Below, one piece after another: positions 25,035 to 34,739 of a DNA stretch of 44,687 bases. The DNA lies in the IMG/VR virus record IMGVR_UViG_3300013767_000205, positions 1 through 44,687 of that record, one strand, 5' to 3'. This DNA is from a virus (Duplodnaviria > Caudoviricetes). The translations under genes were made by a program, and so were the position numbers. Position 1 is the stretch's first letter. The number at the start of each line of letters is the position of its first letter. Below the pieces are notes generated by a model. That model was not told the DNA's origin and did not search any database. It saw nothing but the letters and a program-made list of their open reading frames with translations.

Positions 25035-26258
25035 ATGACCGTGCTGCCTCATCTGGCGGCGCGCCTGTTTGGCGTGCCGCTGGCGATCCATCGCCCGAAA
25101 CTCGACGTCATCCTTTCCGTGCTCGGCGCGCGCATCGGCCTCGCCGATCTCGCCGCGCCCGTGGGCTACACGCCTGCGGCGCGCGCGCCGACGCCCGTCA
25201 ACGGCAAAGTCGCCGTCATCCCGATCCACGGCACGCTGGTGCGACGTACCTCTGGCCTCGAGGCCGAATCGGGCCTCGCCAGCTACACCGGCATCGCCGC
25301 GCAGCTGGACACCGCGCTGGCCAGTCCCGACGTCGCAGCCATCCTGCTCGACGTCGATTCCCCCGGTGGCGAATCCGGCGGCGTGTTCGATCTGGCGGAC
25401 CGCATCCGCGCGGCGTCGCAGCTGAAGCCGGTCTGGGCCGTGGCCAACGACATGGCGTTCTCGGCGGCCTACGCGCTGGCGTCCGCCGCCACCCGCGTGT
25501 TCGTCGCGCGCACCGGCGGTGCCGGTTCGATTGGCGTCATCGCGATGCACGTCGATCAGTCGGTGAAGAACGCGAAGGACGGCGTTCGCTACACCGCCGT
25601 GTTCGCGGGCGAGCGCAAGAACGACCTCAACCCGCACGAGCCGATCTCCGACGAAGCGCATGCCGTTCTGAGGACCGAGGTGCATCGCGTCTACGACCTG
25701 TTCGTCGAGACGGTCGCGCGCCATCGCGGCCTCGACGCGGATGCCGTGCGCGCCACCGAAGCGGGTCTGTTCTTCGGCCCGGATGCCGTCGCCGCCGGAT
25801 TGGCCGACGCCGTCGGCGGTTTCGACGACGCGCTCACCCAGCTCACGCAATCCCTTTCCCCACTCCCGACTCAGGTGGCTCCGGCCAGCCAAGCGGGCTT
25901 TCTTCGCAACCACCCGATGGAGTCTTCCATGAATGAACGATCCGACCCCGCTGCTCTTGATCGGCCTCTTGCTGATCCTGCTGGCAGTCCTTCTCAACCG
26001 TCCGCCGCCACCGCGCTGAGCGTGGCCGACGCCATCGAGATCGCGCAGACCTGCACGCTCGCCGGTCGCACCGACCTGATCGCGGGCTTCCTCGAAGCCC
26101 AGGCTTCGCCCGCCAAGGTGCGCAGCCAGCTCCTGGCCGTGCAGGCTGAGGCCAGCCCCGAAATCGTCAGCCGCATCGCGCCCGATGCCGCGCGTCCTGC
26201 GGCCAGCAATCCGCTGATCGACGCGGCCAAGCAGCTCGCGGCGCAATGCACCAAATAG
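25035..26258 (+). CDS. S49 family prohead protease (lambda gpC-like) with C-terminal scaffold region
   Basis: VAVIPIHGTLV, DVDSPGGE, AFSAAYALAS and GSIGV. Confidence 0.92.
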   Translation: MTVLPHLAARLFGVPLAIHRPKLDVILSVLGARIGLADLAAPVGYTPAARAPTPVNGKVAVIPIHGTLVRRTSGLEAESGLASYTGIAAQLDTALASPDVAAILLDVDSPGGESGGVFDLADRIRAASQLKPVWAVANDMAFSAAYALASAATRVFVARTGGAGSIGVIAMHVDQSVKNAKDGVRYTAVFAGERKNDLNPHEPISDEAHAVLRTEVHRVYDLFVETVARHRGLDADAVRATEAGLFFGPDAVAAGLADAVGGFDDALTQLTQSLSPLPTQVAPASQAGFLRNHPMESSMNERSDPAALDRPLADPAGSPSQPSAATALSVADAIEIAQTCTLAGRTDLIAGFLEAQASPAKVRSQLLAVQAEASPEIVSRIAPDAARPAASNPLIDAAKQLAAQCTK

Positions 26259-26268
26259 GAGATCTGAA

Positions 26269-26646
26269 ATGCCCGTTCTCTCCGAACCGCTGAATCTGGG
26301 CGACCTGCTCAAGTACGAAGCGCCCAACCTCTACTCGCGCGACCGCGTCACGGTCGCTTCCGGCCAGAACCTCCCGCTGGGCGCGGTCGTCGGCATCGTC
26401 ACCGCCACCGGAAAGGTCGCACAGATCGACCCGTCCGCCACCGACGGCACGCAGGTCGCCGCCGGCGTGCTGCTGCAAGCCTGCGACGCGTCGCTCGCCG
26501 ACCGCGACGACGGCCTGATCGTTGCGCGCCACGCCATCGTCGCCGACTACGCGCTCGCGTGGCCCGGGGCCATCACCAACGCCGAAAAACTCACCGCCGT
26601 CGCGCAGCTCAAGGCGCTGGGTGTGCTCGTCCGTCAAGGAGCCTGA
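26269..26646 (+). CDS. Head decoration protein (gpD-like)
   Basis: Between protease and capsid. YSRDRVTVASGQNLPLGAVVG..DGTQVAAGVLL. Confidence 0.85.
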   Translation: MPVLSEPLNLGDLLKYEAPNLYSRDRVTVASGQNLPLGAVVGIVTATGKVAQIDPSATDGTQVAAGVLLQACDASLADRDDGLIVARHAIVADYALAWPGAITNAEKLTAVAQLKALGVLVRQGA

Positions 26647-26648
26647 CC

Positions 26649-27650
26649 ATGAACAACCCCTTCAGCAATCCCGCGTTCTCGATGGCCGCACTGACCGCCG
26701 CCATCAACATCCTGCCCAACCGCTACGGGCGTCTGGAAGAACTGAACCTGATGCCGGCGAAGCCCGTGCGTCAGCGCCAGATCGTCGTCGAGGAAATGAA
26801 CGGCGTGCTCAACCTGCTGCCGACGCTGCCGCCGGGTTCGCCCGGCACGGTCGGCGTGCGCGGCAAGCGCAAGCTGCGCTCCTTCGTCGTGCCGCACATC
26901 CCGCACGACGACGTGGTGCTGCCCGAGGAAGTGCAAGGCATCCGCGCCTTCGGTTCGGAAACCGAAACCGAGACGGTCGCAGGCGTCGTTGCGCGCCATC
27001 TGGAGACGATGCGCAACAAGCACGCAATCACACTGGAGCATCTGCGTGTCGGCGCGCTCAAGGGCGTGATCCTCGACGCCGACGGCTCGGTGCTCTACGA
27101 CTTGTTCGATGCCTTCGAGATCGCGCAGCAGACGGTGTCCTTCGAGCTGGGCACCTCGACCACCAACGTCAAGGCCAAGTGCGCCACTGTGCTGGCGACC
27201 GTCGAGGAAAACCTCAAGGGCGAGTTCATGAACGGCGTCCACTGCCTGTGCTCGCCGGAGTTCTTCGCCGCGCTCACCGGCCACGCCAAGGTCGAGAAGG
27301 CCTTCGAGAACTGGCAGAACGGGGCCATCCTCATCAACGACATCCGTCGCGGTTTCACCTACGGCGGCATCACCTTCGAGGAGTACCGGGGCCAGGCTAC
27401 GGACGCCAGCGGCACCGCGCGCCGCTTCATCGCCGCCGGTGAGGCGCACGCCTTCCCGCTGGGCACCATCGACACCTTCGGCACCTACTTCGCGCCGGCG
27501 GACTTCAACGAGACCGTCAACACGGTCGGCCAGCCGCTGTACGCCAAGCAGGAGCCGCGCAAGTTCGACCGGGGCACGGACCTGCACACCCAGTCGAACC
27601 CGCTGCCCATGTGCCACCGCCCGGGCGTGCTGGTGAAGCTGACCGTCTGA
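26649..27650 (+). CDS. Major capsid protein (lambda gpE-like)
   Basis: FSMAALTAAINILP, PHIPHDDVV and QSNPLPMCHRPGVLVKL. Position in the head operon. Confidence 0.92.
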   Translation: MNNPFSNPAFSMAALTAAINILPNRYGRLEELNLMPAKPVRQRQIVVEEMNGVLNLLPTLPPGSPGTVGVRGKRKLRSFVVPHIPHDDVVLPEEVQGIRAFGSETETETVAGVVARHLETMRNKHAITLEHLRVGALKGVILDADGSVLYDLFDAFEIAQQTVSFELGTSTTNVKAKCATVLATVEENLKGEFMNGVHCLCSPEFFAALTGHAKVEKAFENWQNGAILINDIRRGFTYGGITFEEYRGQATDASGTARRFIAAGEAHAFPLGTIDTFGTYFAPADFNETVNTVGQPLYAKQEPRKFDRGTDLHTQSNPLPMCHRPGVLVKLTV

Positions 27651-27934
27651 TGGTTAGCGTCGAGGACTTGTACGCGGCGGCCGCGAACGCGGGGCTGCTG
27701 GTGGAGGCGGAGGTCGACGGGCAGATCGTCATGGTGGACTTCCGCGCCCCGGACGAGACCGTGCTCGACGGCCTCGCGCTCTCCACCGACTACACGATGC
27801 GCTTCCTCGCCTCGGCTCTGCCCGATCTTGGCATGGGCCAGGTCGTGAGCATCGGCGGCACGAACTACCGCGTGCGCGACGTGCGGGCCATCGGTGATGG
27901 CAGCGAGCGGCGCGCCGATCTCACCCGCATTTGA
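27650..27934 (+). CDS. Head-tail joining protein
   Basis: TGATG-coupled to the capsid gene. 94 aa, beta-rich. Confidence 0.7.
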   Translation: MVSVEDLYAAAANAGLLVEAEVDGQIVMVDFRAPDETVLDGLALSTDYTMRFLASALPDLGMGQVVSIGGTNYRVRDVRAIGDGSERRADLTRI

Positions 27935-27945
27935 GGACTCCACCT

Positions 27946-28371
27946 ATGAACTCCATCCGCGAGCGCATCTTGCGGGAGGTCGTGGCACGCCTGTCGGCCG
28001 CCGTCGCACCCGTTCAGGTGCTGCGGCAACCGACCGTGCCGGTCACCCGCGACGCGAGCCCCGCGCTGCTGCTCTTCGTCGAGGGCGACCGCATCACCGG
28101 CTACGCCAACCACCTCGTCGACCGGGTGCTGACGCTGCGCCTCACCGTGGTGGCACGCGGTGACGACGCCTTCGACCAGGCCGACCGGACGATGGTGGCC
28201 GCCCATGCGGCGCTGATGCCTGACCCGAGCCTCGGCGGCCTCGCGCTGCTGCTGCACGAGGTCGATGCCGAGTGGGACGCCGAGGACGCCGACGCTGGCG
28301 CCGTCGCGCTGCCGGCCCGCTACGAGATCCGCTACCGCACCCATGCCCTGGACCTGACCCAGAAAGGATGA
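27946..28371 (+). CDS. Tail terminator/completion-like protein
   Basis: MNSIRERIL.. with position before the major tail gene. GAGGA RBS. Confidence 0.7.
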   Translation: MNSIRERILREVVARLSAAVAPVQVLRQPTVPVTRDASPALLLFVEGDRITGYANHLVDRVLTLRLTVVARGDDAFDQADRTMVAAHAALMPDPSLGGLALLLHEVDAEWDAEDADAGAVALPARYEIRYRTHALDLTQKG

Positions 28372-28377
28372 CCTGCC

Positions 28378-28557
28378 ATGACTGTTGAACTCATCAAACC
28401 CCACACCCATGCCGGCGTGCAGTGCGCCCCCGGCACGCGCCTCGACGTCGACGAGGCCACCGCCCGCTGGCTGATCGAGCAGGGTGTCGCCAAGCCCGCC
28501 GATGCGCCCGATGAGCCGGGCGTCAAACCGCAAACCACCGCACGCAAGGGAGACTGA
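28378..28557 (+). CDS. Small phage protein (59 aa), absent from the ORF track
   Basis: Translated by hand: MTVELIKPHTHAGVQCAPGTRLDVDEATARWLIEQGVAK..RKGD. AAAGGA RBS. Exactly fills the gap. Confidence 0.8.
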   Translation: MTVELIKPHTHAGVQCAPGTRLDVDEATARWLIEQGVAKPADAPDEPGVKPQTTARKGD

Positions 28558-28559
28558 CC

Positions 28560-29312
28560 ATGCCTTACTTCTCCGGACAGGGGCGCGTCTACGTCGGTGC
28601 CCGCGATGCTGCCGGCAACCCCCAAGGCCTCGCCTACGTCGGCAACGTGCCCGAGCTCAAGGTGTCGCTGTCGGTCGAAACCCTGGAGCACCAGGAATCG
28701 GTGAGCGGCCAGCGTCTCACGGACCTCCAGCTCATCAAGACGAAGAAGGGCGAGTTCGCCTGCACGCTGGAGGAACTGATCGCGGTGAGCCTGTCGCTCG
28801 CGCTCTACGGCACGACTGTCGAGCAGACCAGCGGCACGGTTACCAGCGAGGCGTTGCCCAACCCAGTCACCGCAGGAAGTCTCTACCTGCTGGCCAAGCA
28901 GAACGTCTCGTCGGAGGTGGTCAAGGACTCCTCGGCCACCCCCAAGACGCTGCCGGCCGTGCAGTACAGCCTCAACGCCAAGCACGGCTCGCTGTCGATC
29001 ACCGACAAGACCACGGGCGGGCCCTTTGTGGAGCCGTTCAAGGTCGACTACGCCTACGGCGCGGCCCAATCGACGGCGCTGTTTACCCAGCCGCTGCCCG
29101 AGCGCTGGGTGCGATTCGAGGGCTTGAACACCGCCGACAGCAACCGCGAGGTGGTGATCGATCTGTACCGCGTGGCCATCAACCCGGCCAAGGAGCTGTC
29201 GATCATCACCGAGGAGTTGCTGAAGTTCGAACTCTCCGGGCAGGTGCTGGCCGATACGCAGAAGTCCGCCACGGGCGACCTGGGCCAGTTCGGCCGCATC
29301 GTCCTGCTGTAA
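28560..29312 (+). CDS. Major tail (tube) protein
   Basis: YFSGQGRVYVG..GNVPELKVSL..RFEGLNTAD..DLYRV. Upstream of chaperones and tape measure. Confidence 0.85.
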   Translation: MPYFSGQGRVYVGARDAAGNPQGLAYVGNVPELKVSLSVETLEHQESVSGQRLTDLQLIKTKKGEFACTLEELIAVSLSLALYGTTVEQTSGTVTSEALPNPVTAGSLYLLAKQNVSSEVVKDSSATPKTLPAVQYSLNAKHGSLSITDKTTGGPFVEPFKVDYAYGAAQSTALFTQPLPERWVRFEGLNTADSNREVVIDLYRVAINPAKELSIITEELLKFELSGQVLADTQKSATGDLGQFGRIVLL

Positions 29313-29321
29313 GGAGCCGCC

Positions 29322-29711
29322 ATGACATCCTCCGATCTCGATGTGCTCGTCCCGCAAACCCAATCCCTGGAGATCGCCGGGCAGCGCCTGACGATCAGTC
29401 CGCTGGTGATCGGCGAGCTGCCCGCGATGCTCAAGGCCGTGCGGCCCTTTGCCGAACAGCTGACCGGCGATCCGGACTGGCTGGCTTTGCTCTGCGAGCA
29501 CGGCGACGCCTTGCTGGCTGCGCTCTCCCTGGCCAGCCGACGCCCGCGTGAATGGGTAGACGCGCTGGCGCTCGACGACGCGATCACGCTGGCCGCCACG
29601 GTGTTCGAGGTGAATGCCGATTTTTTCGTGCGCCGGGTCGCGCCGAAGGTCGGCGATCTCGCCCAGAGCCTGAACGGCAGACTGGCTGGATCGACGCCAT
29701 CGCCCGCCTGA
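29322..29711 (+). CDS. Tail assembly chaperone (gpG-like)
   Basis: Between major tail and tape measure. EVNADFF carries a slippery site. Confidence 0.8.
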   Translation: MTSSDLDVLVPQTQSLEIAGQRLTISPLVIGELPAMLKAVRPFAEQLTGDPDWLALLCEHGDALLAALSLASRRPREWVDALALDDAITLAATVFEVNADFFVRRVAPKVGDLAQSLNGRLAGSTPSPA

Positions 29712-29923
29712 TCCGCAATGGCCACCGCTACCCGGACATCCTCGGCTACACGCTGGGCCAGCTGAACGCGTTTCTGGCCGCCGACAGCCGTCTCGAGCAC
29801 GAACGGCTCTCCACCCAGCTCGCGGTCATGACCACCGCCGCCCAGGGCAACCGCGAAGGCATCAGTCAGCTCCAGGCCGAACTCCAACAGGGAATGCGCG
29901 ATGAAGATCGATCTGGTCGCTGA
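29621..29923 (+). CDS. -1 frameshift extension of the tail chaperone (gpGT-like)
   Basis: GAT TTT TTC codons give the heptamer T TTT TTC at 29621-29627. The -1 frame is open to 29923 (..WIDAIARLIRNGHRYPDILGYTLGQLNAFL..). Confidence 0.75.
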   Translation, partial: FFRAPGRAEGRRSRPEPERQTGWIDAIARLIRNGHRYPDILGYTLGQLNAFLAADSRLEHERLSTQLAVMTTAAQGNREGISQLQAELQQGMRDEDRSGR

Positions 29924-30548
29924 GGGCTTGCTGGATCGTCGTCGCTTCAACGCCTGGCAAACCGATACCCACAAAACGATCCATTCCGCCGTCGCCCGCG
30001 CGATGCGGGATTTCGGCAAAGAGATGGCCGAGCGGGTTCGGGGCGAAATGCGATCCAGCTTCAACGCCGTGAAACCCAAGTTCCTCCGGTCGATGCACGC
30101 CAAGGTGTTCGACCGTAAGACCACGGAATTTCCGGCCCTCTACATCGGCTCGAAGGTGCCCTGGCTGGGCCTGCACGAACAGGGAGGAACGATCCGGGGA
30201 CGAATGCTGATCCCGCTGCTGCCGCAGCACCGGCGTATCGGACGCAAGGCCTTTGCCCGGGTGATCGACGCGCTGATGCGATCCGGCAATGCCTGGTTCG
30301 TCGAAAAAAACGGCCAGCAGATCCTGATGGCCGAGAACATCGCCGAGAACGCCCGGCCGCTCGCGCGCTTCCGCAGCGCCGAGCGGGAGCGCACCGGGGC
30401 CAAGCGCATCAAGCGCGGCCACGAGATTCCTGTCGCAGTGCTGGTACGGCGCGTCACGCTCAGAAAACGTTTCGACCTTACCCGTTCGGTGCGGGTCGAT
30501 CTTCCCCGCCTGACGGCGGCTATCCGCAAGGCAATGTCGAAGGTTTGA
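29901..30548 (+). CDS. Basic phage protein (DUF6441-like, tail completion/neck-like)
   Basis: Arg-rich 215-aa ORF. LHEQGGTIRG..IP..VTLRKRFDL. Confidence 0.7.
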   Translation: MKIDLVAEGLLDRRRFNAWQTDTHKTIHSAVARAMRDFGKEMAERVRGEMRSSFNAVKPKFLRSMHAKVFDRKTTEFPALYIGSKVPWLGLHEQGGTIRGRMLIPLLPQHRRIGRKAFARVIDALMRSGNAWFVEKNGQQILMAENIAENARPLARFRSAERERTGAKRIKRGHEIPVAVLVRRVTLRKRFDLTRSVRVDLPRLTAAIRKAMSKV

Positions 30549-30551
30549 GCA

Positions 30552-33500
30552 ATGGCGAATAATCGCGCGCAGATCCTCATCACCGCCGTCGATGAGACGC
30601 GACGCGCCTTCCAGTCCGTCCAGGGCAGCCTCTCCCGCCTGCGCAGCGAAGCAGGCCAGGTGCGAGAAGTCCTGTCCCGCATCGGCGCTGCCATCGGTGT
30701 GGGACTGGGCGTGCGCGAACTGGTCGAGGTCGCCGACCAGTACAAGAACCTACAGGCCCGACTCCGGCTCGCGGTCACCTCCCAGGAGGAGTTCAACCGC
30801 GCCGACGCGGCCCTCTTCGAGATCGCTCAGCGCAACCGCGCGCCGCTCGCCGAAACCGTCACGCTCTACGCACGGCTTGCGCCGTCGGTGCAGGCGCTGG
30901 GGCGTTCGCAGGCAGACGTGCTGGCGGCCACCGATGCCATCGGTCAGGCCGTGTCGCTCTCCGGTGCCTCCAGCGAGGCCGCGGCCGGCGCTCTGTTGCA
31001 GTTGGGGCAGGCCTTCGCCTCGGGACAGTTGCGCGGCGAGGAATTCAACTCAGTCATCGAGCAGACGCCGCGTCTGGCGCAGGCCATCGCCGACGGGATG
31101 GGCGTGCCGCTGGGGAGCCTGAGAAAGCTCGCCGAAGAAGGCAAGATCACATCCAAGGCGGTGCTCGATGCCTTGCTCAAGCAGCGCGGGCGCCTCGCCG
31201 AGGAATACGCGAGCCTGCCAGATACGGTGTCGGGCGCGCTCACCCGGCTGAAGAACGCCTTCCAGCGCGCCTTCGGCGAGCGAGATGCCAATTCGGGGCT
31301 CACCGCAGGCCTCGCGCAGGCGCTTCAACTGGTCGCTCAGCATCTCGAACTGCTGATCGATCTGGCCGGTGTCGTTCTGGTCGCCGCCTTCGGTCGGATG
31401 GCGGGCGCGTTTGCGACCAGCGTTGCCGCCGCCCGCGCGGAAGCGGCGGCGCGGCTCGCCAACCTGCGCACGCTGGAAGCCGAGGCGCTGGCGCGGGTGC
31501 GCGTGGCCGATGCCGCCCTGGCCCAGGCGCGGGCGCAAGGCCTCGCCACCAGCGCACTGGTCACCGATGCGGCGAAGGCCCGGCTGCAAGCCACCGCCGC
31601 TGCAGGCGCGGTGTCGCAAGCCGTGGCCTCCACGTCGCTGTTTGCTCGGGTGGCCGGCCTGCTGCGCGGTGCTCTGGCGCTCCTAGGCGGCCCCATTGGC
31701 GTCATCGTGACCACGGTGGGGTTGCTCGCTGGTGCGTTGTATTCGGCGCGCAATGCGGTGATCGAATTTGGCGGCAAAACGGCTTCGATCAAGCAGATCT
31801 TGGCCGCGACCTGGGATTGGGTGGTCGAGAAGGTCAGCGCGGTCGTCAATGCACTGACGCGGCTGGTCGGCGCCAATGATCTCTCCTGGGGCCGCGTGCG
31901 CGAGGCGACGATCCATGCACTGACCGCCATCGGCACGGCCGTGCGCACGATGGTCAATGGCGTTATCGGCGCGTTCAACGCCATCGGCAGCGTGGTCGGC
32001 ATCACGGCGGGCTTTCTGGTCGAGCGCTTTCGCCATGCCTTCTCCGACATTGGGGAACTGGCGAAAGCCTTGGGCCAAGACGTGGCCGCAGCCTTCAGCG
32101 GGGATTTTTCGATGACCTCGCTGCGCACCGCGTTATCCCGCCAACTCGGCGAGGTACGCGACTTCGGCCGCGAACTGGCGGGAACCGTGCACGAGGCGTT
32201 TTCTCGCGACTACGTCGGGGAAGCCGCGCAGGCCATTGCCGGGCGCATTCGTCCCGAGCAGACCCAGCCCGGCGTCTTCGGCCGTCCGCAACAGCCCGCC
32301 AAGCCGACGCCCGACAAGGCGGTCGAGGCCGCCAAGCTCGCCCTCGTCGAAGCCCGGGCCGAGGCGGAACTCAAGGTTCTTAAGGACGGACTGGATCGTC
32401 AGGCCCGTGCCCTCGAAGCGGCCCTCGAAGACCGGCTGATTGCCTTCAAGGACTACTACGCCGCCAGGACGCGGGTCGAGCAGCTGGAAATCGATGCCGA
32501 AATCCGCCGGTTGCAAGTCTCACTCGCGGAACAGCAGCGCCTGGAAAAATCGGGACGCGACGAACCCATCCGTCTCAAGGCCAAGGGTGAAGTCGCCAAG
32601 CTCGAGGCAGATCTCGCCGTTCTCAACCACAAACGCGCCGATGTCGAGATCGCCAATGCGCGCAAGGCCGCCCAGGCCGAGCGCGAACTGCGCGAGGAGT
32701 TGGCCAAGGTCCGCGACGAATTGCTCGATCTCACGGGTGCCGCGACCAGTCAGGACCGGCGCGCGGCCATCGAGCGGCAGTACCAGACCCCGATCGAGCG
32801 GCTGCGTGCCGTGGGCAATACCGAAGGCGTGGCCACCGTCGGTCGGCTGATCGACGTCAAAGCGGCGGCGGCCGATCTCGCCGAATACGAGCGCCAATTT
32901 AACGACGCGCTCTCGCGGATGCGGGCCTCGGAAGAGTCGATCAATCTGCAGCGCCAGTCGGGGCTCCTGACGGAATCCCAAGCCCGCCAGCAGATCCTCA
33001 TGTTGCACCGGGAAACCGGCCAGGCGCTCGATACGCTGCTGCCGCAGCTGGAAGCCGCAGCGGCGGCCATCGGCCCGGAGGCGCAGGCGCGGGTGCAGGC
33101 CTGGAAGAACGAGATCGCGCAGGTGAAGCTGGTCGTCGATGACGTGGCGGTCGCCATCGACGGTGCGGTCAAGGATGGCTTTGCCCAACTGTTCCAGGAC
33201 ATCGGCAGCGGCGCGAAGTCGGCGAAGGACGCATTCGCGGATTTCGGTCGATCCGTACTGCAGACGATCAACCGCATCGCCTCGCAGAAGCTGGCGGAAG
33301 CCTTGTTCGGCAGCCTGATGGGGGGCGGCGCATCGGGCAGTGCCGGAGGATTGGGCGCCTTGATCTCCTCGTTCTTCGGATTTGCCGGCGGGGGCTATGT
33401 GACCGGCCCCGGCACCTCGACCAGCGACTCCATTCCAGCGCGCCTGTCCCACGGCGAGTACGTGGTCAACGCCCGCGCGGTGAGCCGGCTCGGGGTGTCC

Positions 33501-33746
33501 TTCCTGGACGCCATCAACGGATTGTCGGCCGGGCCGCGCCTTTCTGCCGGGCGCTTGGCCTTTGCCGCTGGCGGCCTCGTGCCGGAAGCACCGGCACAGC
33601 CAGCCTCGAACCAAAACATCCGCATCGTGAATGTGATCGACCCCGCGATGGCGACCGACTACCTCAACAGCAGCGCAGGCGAGCGCGTGGTGATGAACCT
33701 CATCCAGCGCAATGCCGCCTCCGTTCGCAACATCCTGGGACGCTGA
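30552..33746 (+). CDS. Tail tape measure protein (1064 aa)
   Basis: Longest ORF, Ala-rich and helical. QLGQAFASGQLRGEEFNSV and C-terminal FAGGGYVTGPGTSTSDSIPARLSHGEYV. Confidence 0.95.
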   Translation: MANNRAQILITAVDETRRAFQSVQGSLSRLRSEAGQVREVLSRIGAAIGVGLGVRELVEVADQYKNLQARLRLAVTSQEEFNRADAALFEIAQRNRAPLAETVTLYARLAPSVQALGRSQADVLAATDAIGQAVSLSGASSEAAAGALLQLGQAFASGQLRGEEFNSVIEQTPRLAQAIADGMGVPLGSLRKLAEEGKITSKAVLDALLKQRGRLAEEYASLPDTVSGALTRLKNAFQRAFGERDANSGLTAGLAQALQLVAQHLELLIDLAGVVLVAAFGRMAGAFATSVAAARAEAAARLANLRTLEAEALARVRVADAALAQARAQGLATSALVTDAAKARLQATAAAGAVSQAVASTSLFARVAGLLRGALALLGGPIGVIVTTVGLLAGALYSARNAVIEFGGKTASIKQILAATWDWVVEKVSAVVNALTRLVGANDLSWGRVREATIHALTAIGTAVRTMVNGVIGAFNAIGSVVGITAGFLVERFRHAFSDIGELAKALGQDVAAAFSGDFSMTSLRTALSRQLGEVRDFGRELAGTVHEAFSRDYVGEAAQAIAGRIRPEQTQPGVFGRPQQPAKPTPDKAVEAAKLALVEARAEAELKVLKDGLDRQARALEAALEDRLIAFKDYYAARTRVEQLEIDAEIRRLQVSLAEQQRLEKSGRDEPIRLKAKGEVAKLEADLAVLNHKRADVEIANARKAAQAERELREELAKVRDELLDLTGAATSQDRRAAIERQYQTPIERLRAVGNTEGVATVGRLIDVKAAAADLAEYERQFNDALSRMRASEESINLQRQSGLLTESQARQQILMLHRETGQALDTLLPQLEAAAAAIGPEAQARVQAWKNEIAQVKLVVDDVAVAIDGAVKDGFAQLFQDIGSGAKSAKDAFADFGRSVLQTINRIASQKLAEALFGSLMGGGASGSAGGLGALISSFFGFAGGGYVTGPGTSTSDSIPARLSHGEYVVNARAVSRLGVSFLDAINGLSAGPRLSAGRLAFAAGGLVPEAPAQPASNQNIRIVNVIDPAMATDYLNSSAGERVVMNLIQRNAASVRNILGR

Positions 33747-33748
33747 AA

Positions 33749-34720
33749 ATGGCCTGGACTTCTGGCACCGCAACCAATGCCGTCGACCTGTTCAACAAGC
33801 TGATCACGTTTCTGACCTCCGACGCGACCCTGGTCGCTGGGGGCGAAGCCTGGACGCTGCTGCGCCGCGACACCTTCACGCTTGACGCGAAACGGGATCT
33901 GACCGAGCTGCGGGGCCCCGGTTCTTCGGCGGGCGATGCGATCTACGTCCAACTGGCCCTGTTTGCCGATGCCGCAGCCCCGGCCTATTCGATCCGGGTG
34001 CTCGGCTCGCAGTCCTGGCAAAGCGCCGTAGCGATCAGCACACCCGAGGGTCAGCCGGGCAGTCTGCTCTTTGGCGCCGGCGCACTGGGCATCGTGCCAA
34101 GGATGCCGGTGTTCAACAGCGCGATCAGCTATTGGTTCGTCGCCAACGGCCGGCGCTTCATCGTGGTGGCGAAATCCTCGGCCTACTGGGGCGCGCTCTA
34201 CGCCGGCTTCTTCCTGCCCTACGGCACGCCGTCCCAGTACCCCTATCCGCTGTTCATCGGCGCCAACACCTCGCGCGGCGACAACTACCAGAGTTCAGAT
34301 CTCGACATCGCCAACAGCGCTTTCTGGCGCAACGATGGTGAATACGGCAGCTACAGCGCGGCGCTCCTGCAGCCGGGGGGCGGCTGGGTCGGCACGAACC
34401 GCTTCGATACGACCTACACCGGCCGCGCCTGGCCCTGGGCGATGTCGTTGGAGACGCGGAAGAACAGCGCCGGGCGATACGACCTGGGCAATCTCACGCA
34501 GTTGCCGAGCAGCGCGAGCCCGCTGGTGCCGGCCATCCTCTACAACTGCACGACCAACATGCCCTTCACCGTCTGGGGCGAGCTCCAGGGGGTGTTCGCC
34601 GTGCCCGGTTTCGGAGTGGCCGCCGGCGACACCGTGACCGTGGCCGGCAAATCGCATCTCGTCGTGCAGGCGGCGACCTCCACCAATGCGGCGCGCTTTG
34701 CCGCGATTCAACTCAACTGA
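33749..34720 (+). CDS. Virion structural (tail) protein
   Basis: Follows the tape measure gene. MAWTSGTA..YWFVANGRRFIVV..PYGTPSQYPYPLFIG..GELQGVFAVPG. Confidence 0.8.
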   Translation: MAWTSGTATNAVDLFNKLITFLTSDATLVAGGEAWTLLRRDTFTLDAKRDLTELRGPGSSAGDAIYVQLALFADAAAPAYSIRVLGSQSWQSAVAISTPEGQPGSLLFGAGALGIVPRMPVFNSAISYWFVANGRRFIVVAKSSAYWGALYAGFFLPYGTPSQYPYPLFIGANTSRGDNYQSSDLDIANSAFWRNDGEYGSYSAALLQPGGGWVGTNRFDTTYTGRAWPWAMSLETRKNSAGRYDLGNLTQLPSSASPLVPAILYNCTTNMPFTVWGELQGVFAVPGFGVAAGDTVTVAGKSHLVVQAATSTNAARFAAIQLN

Positions 34721-34739
34721 GAACTCGCTCGAGGCGATC

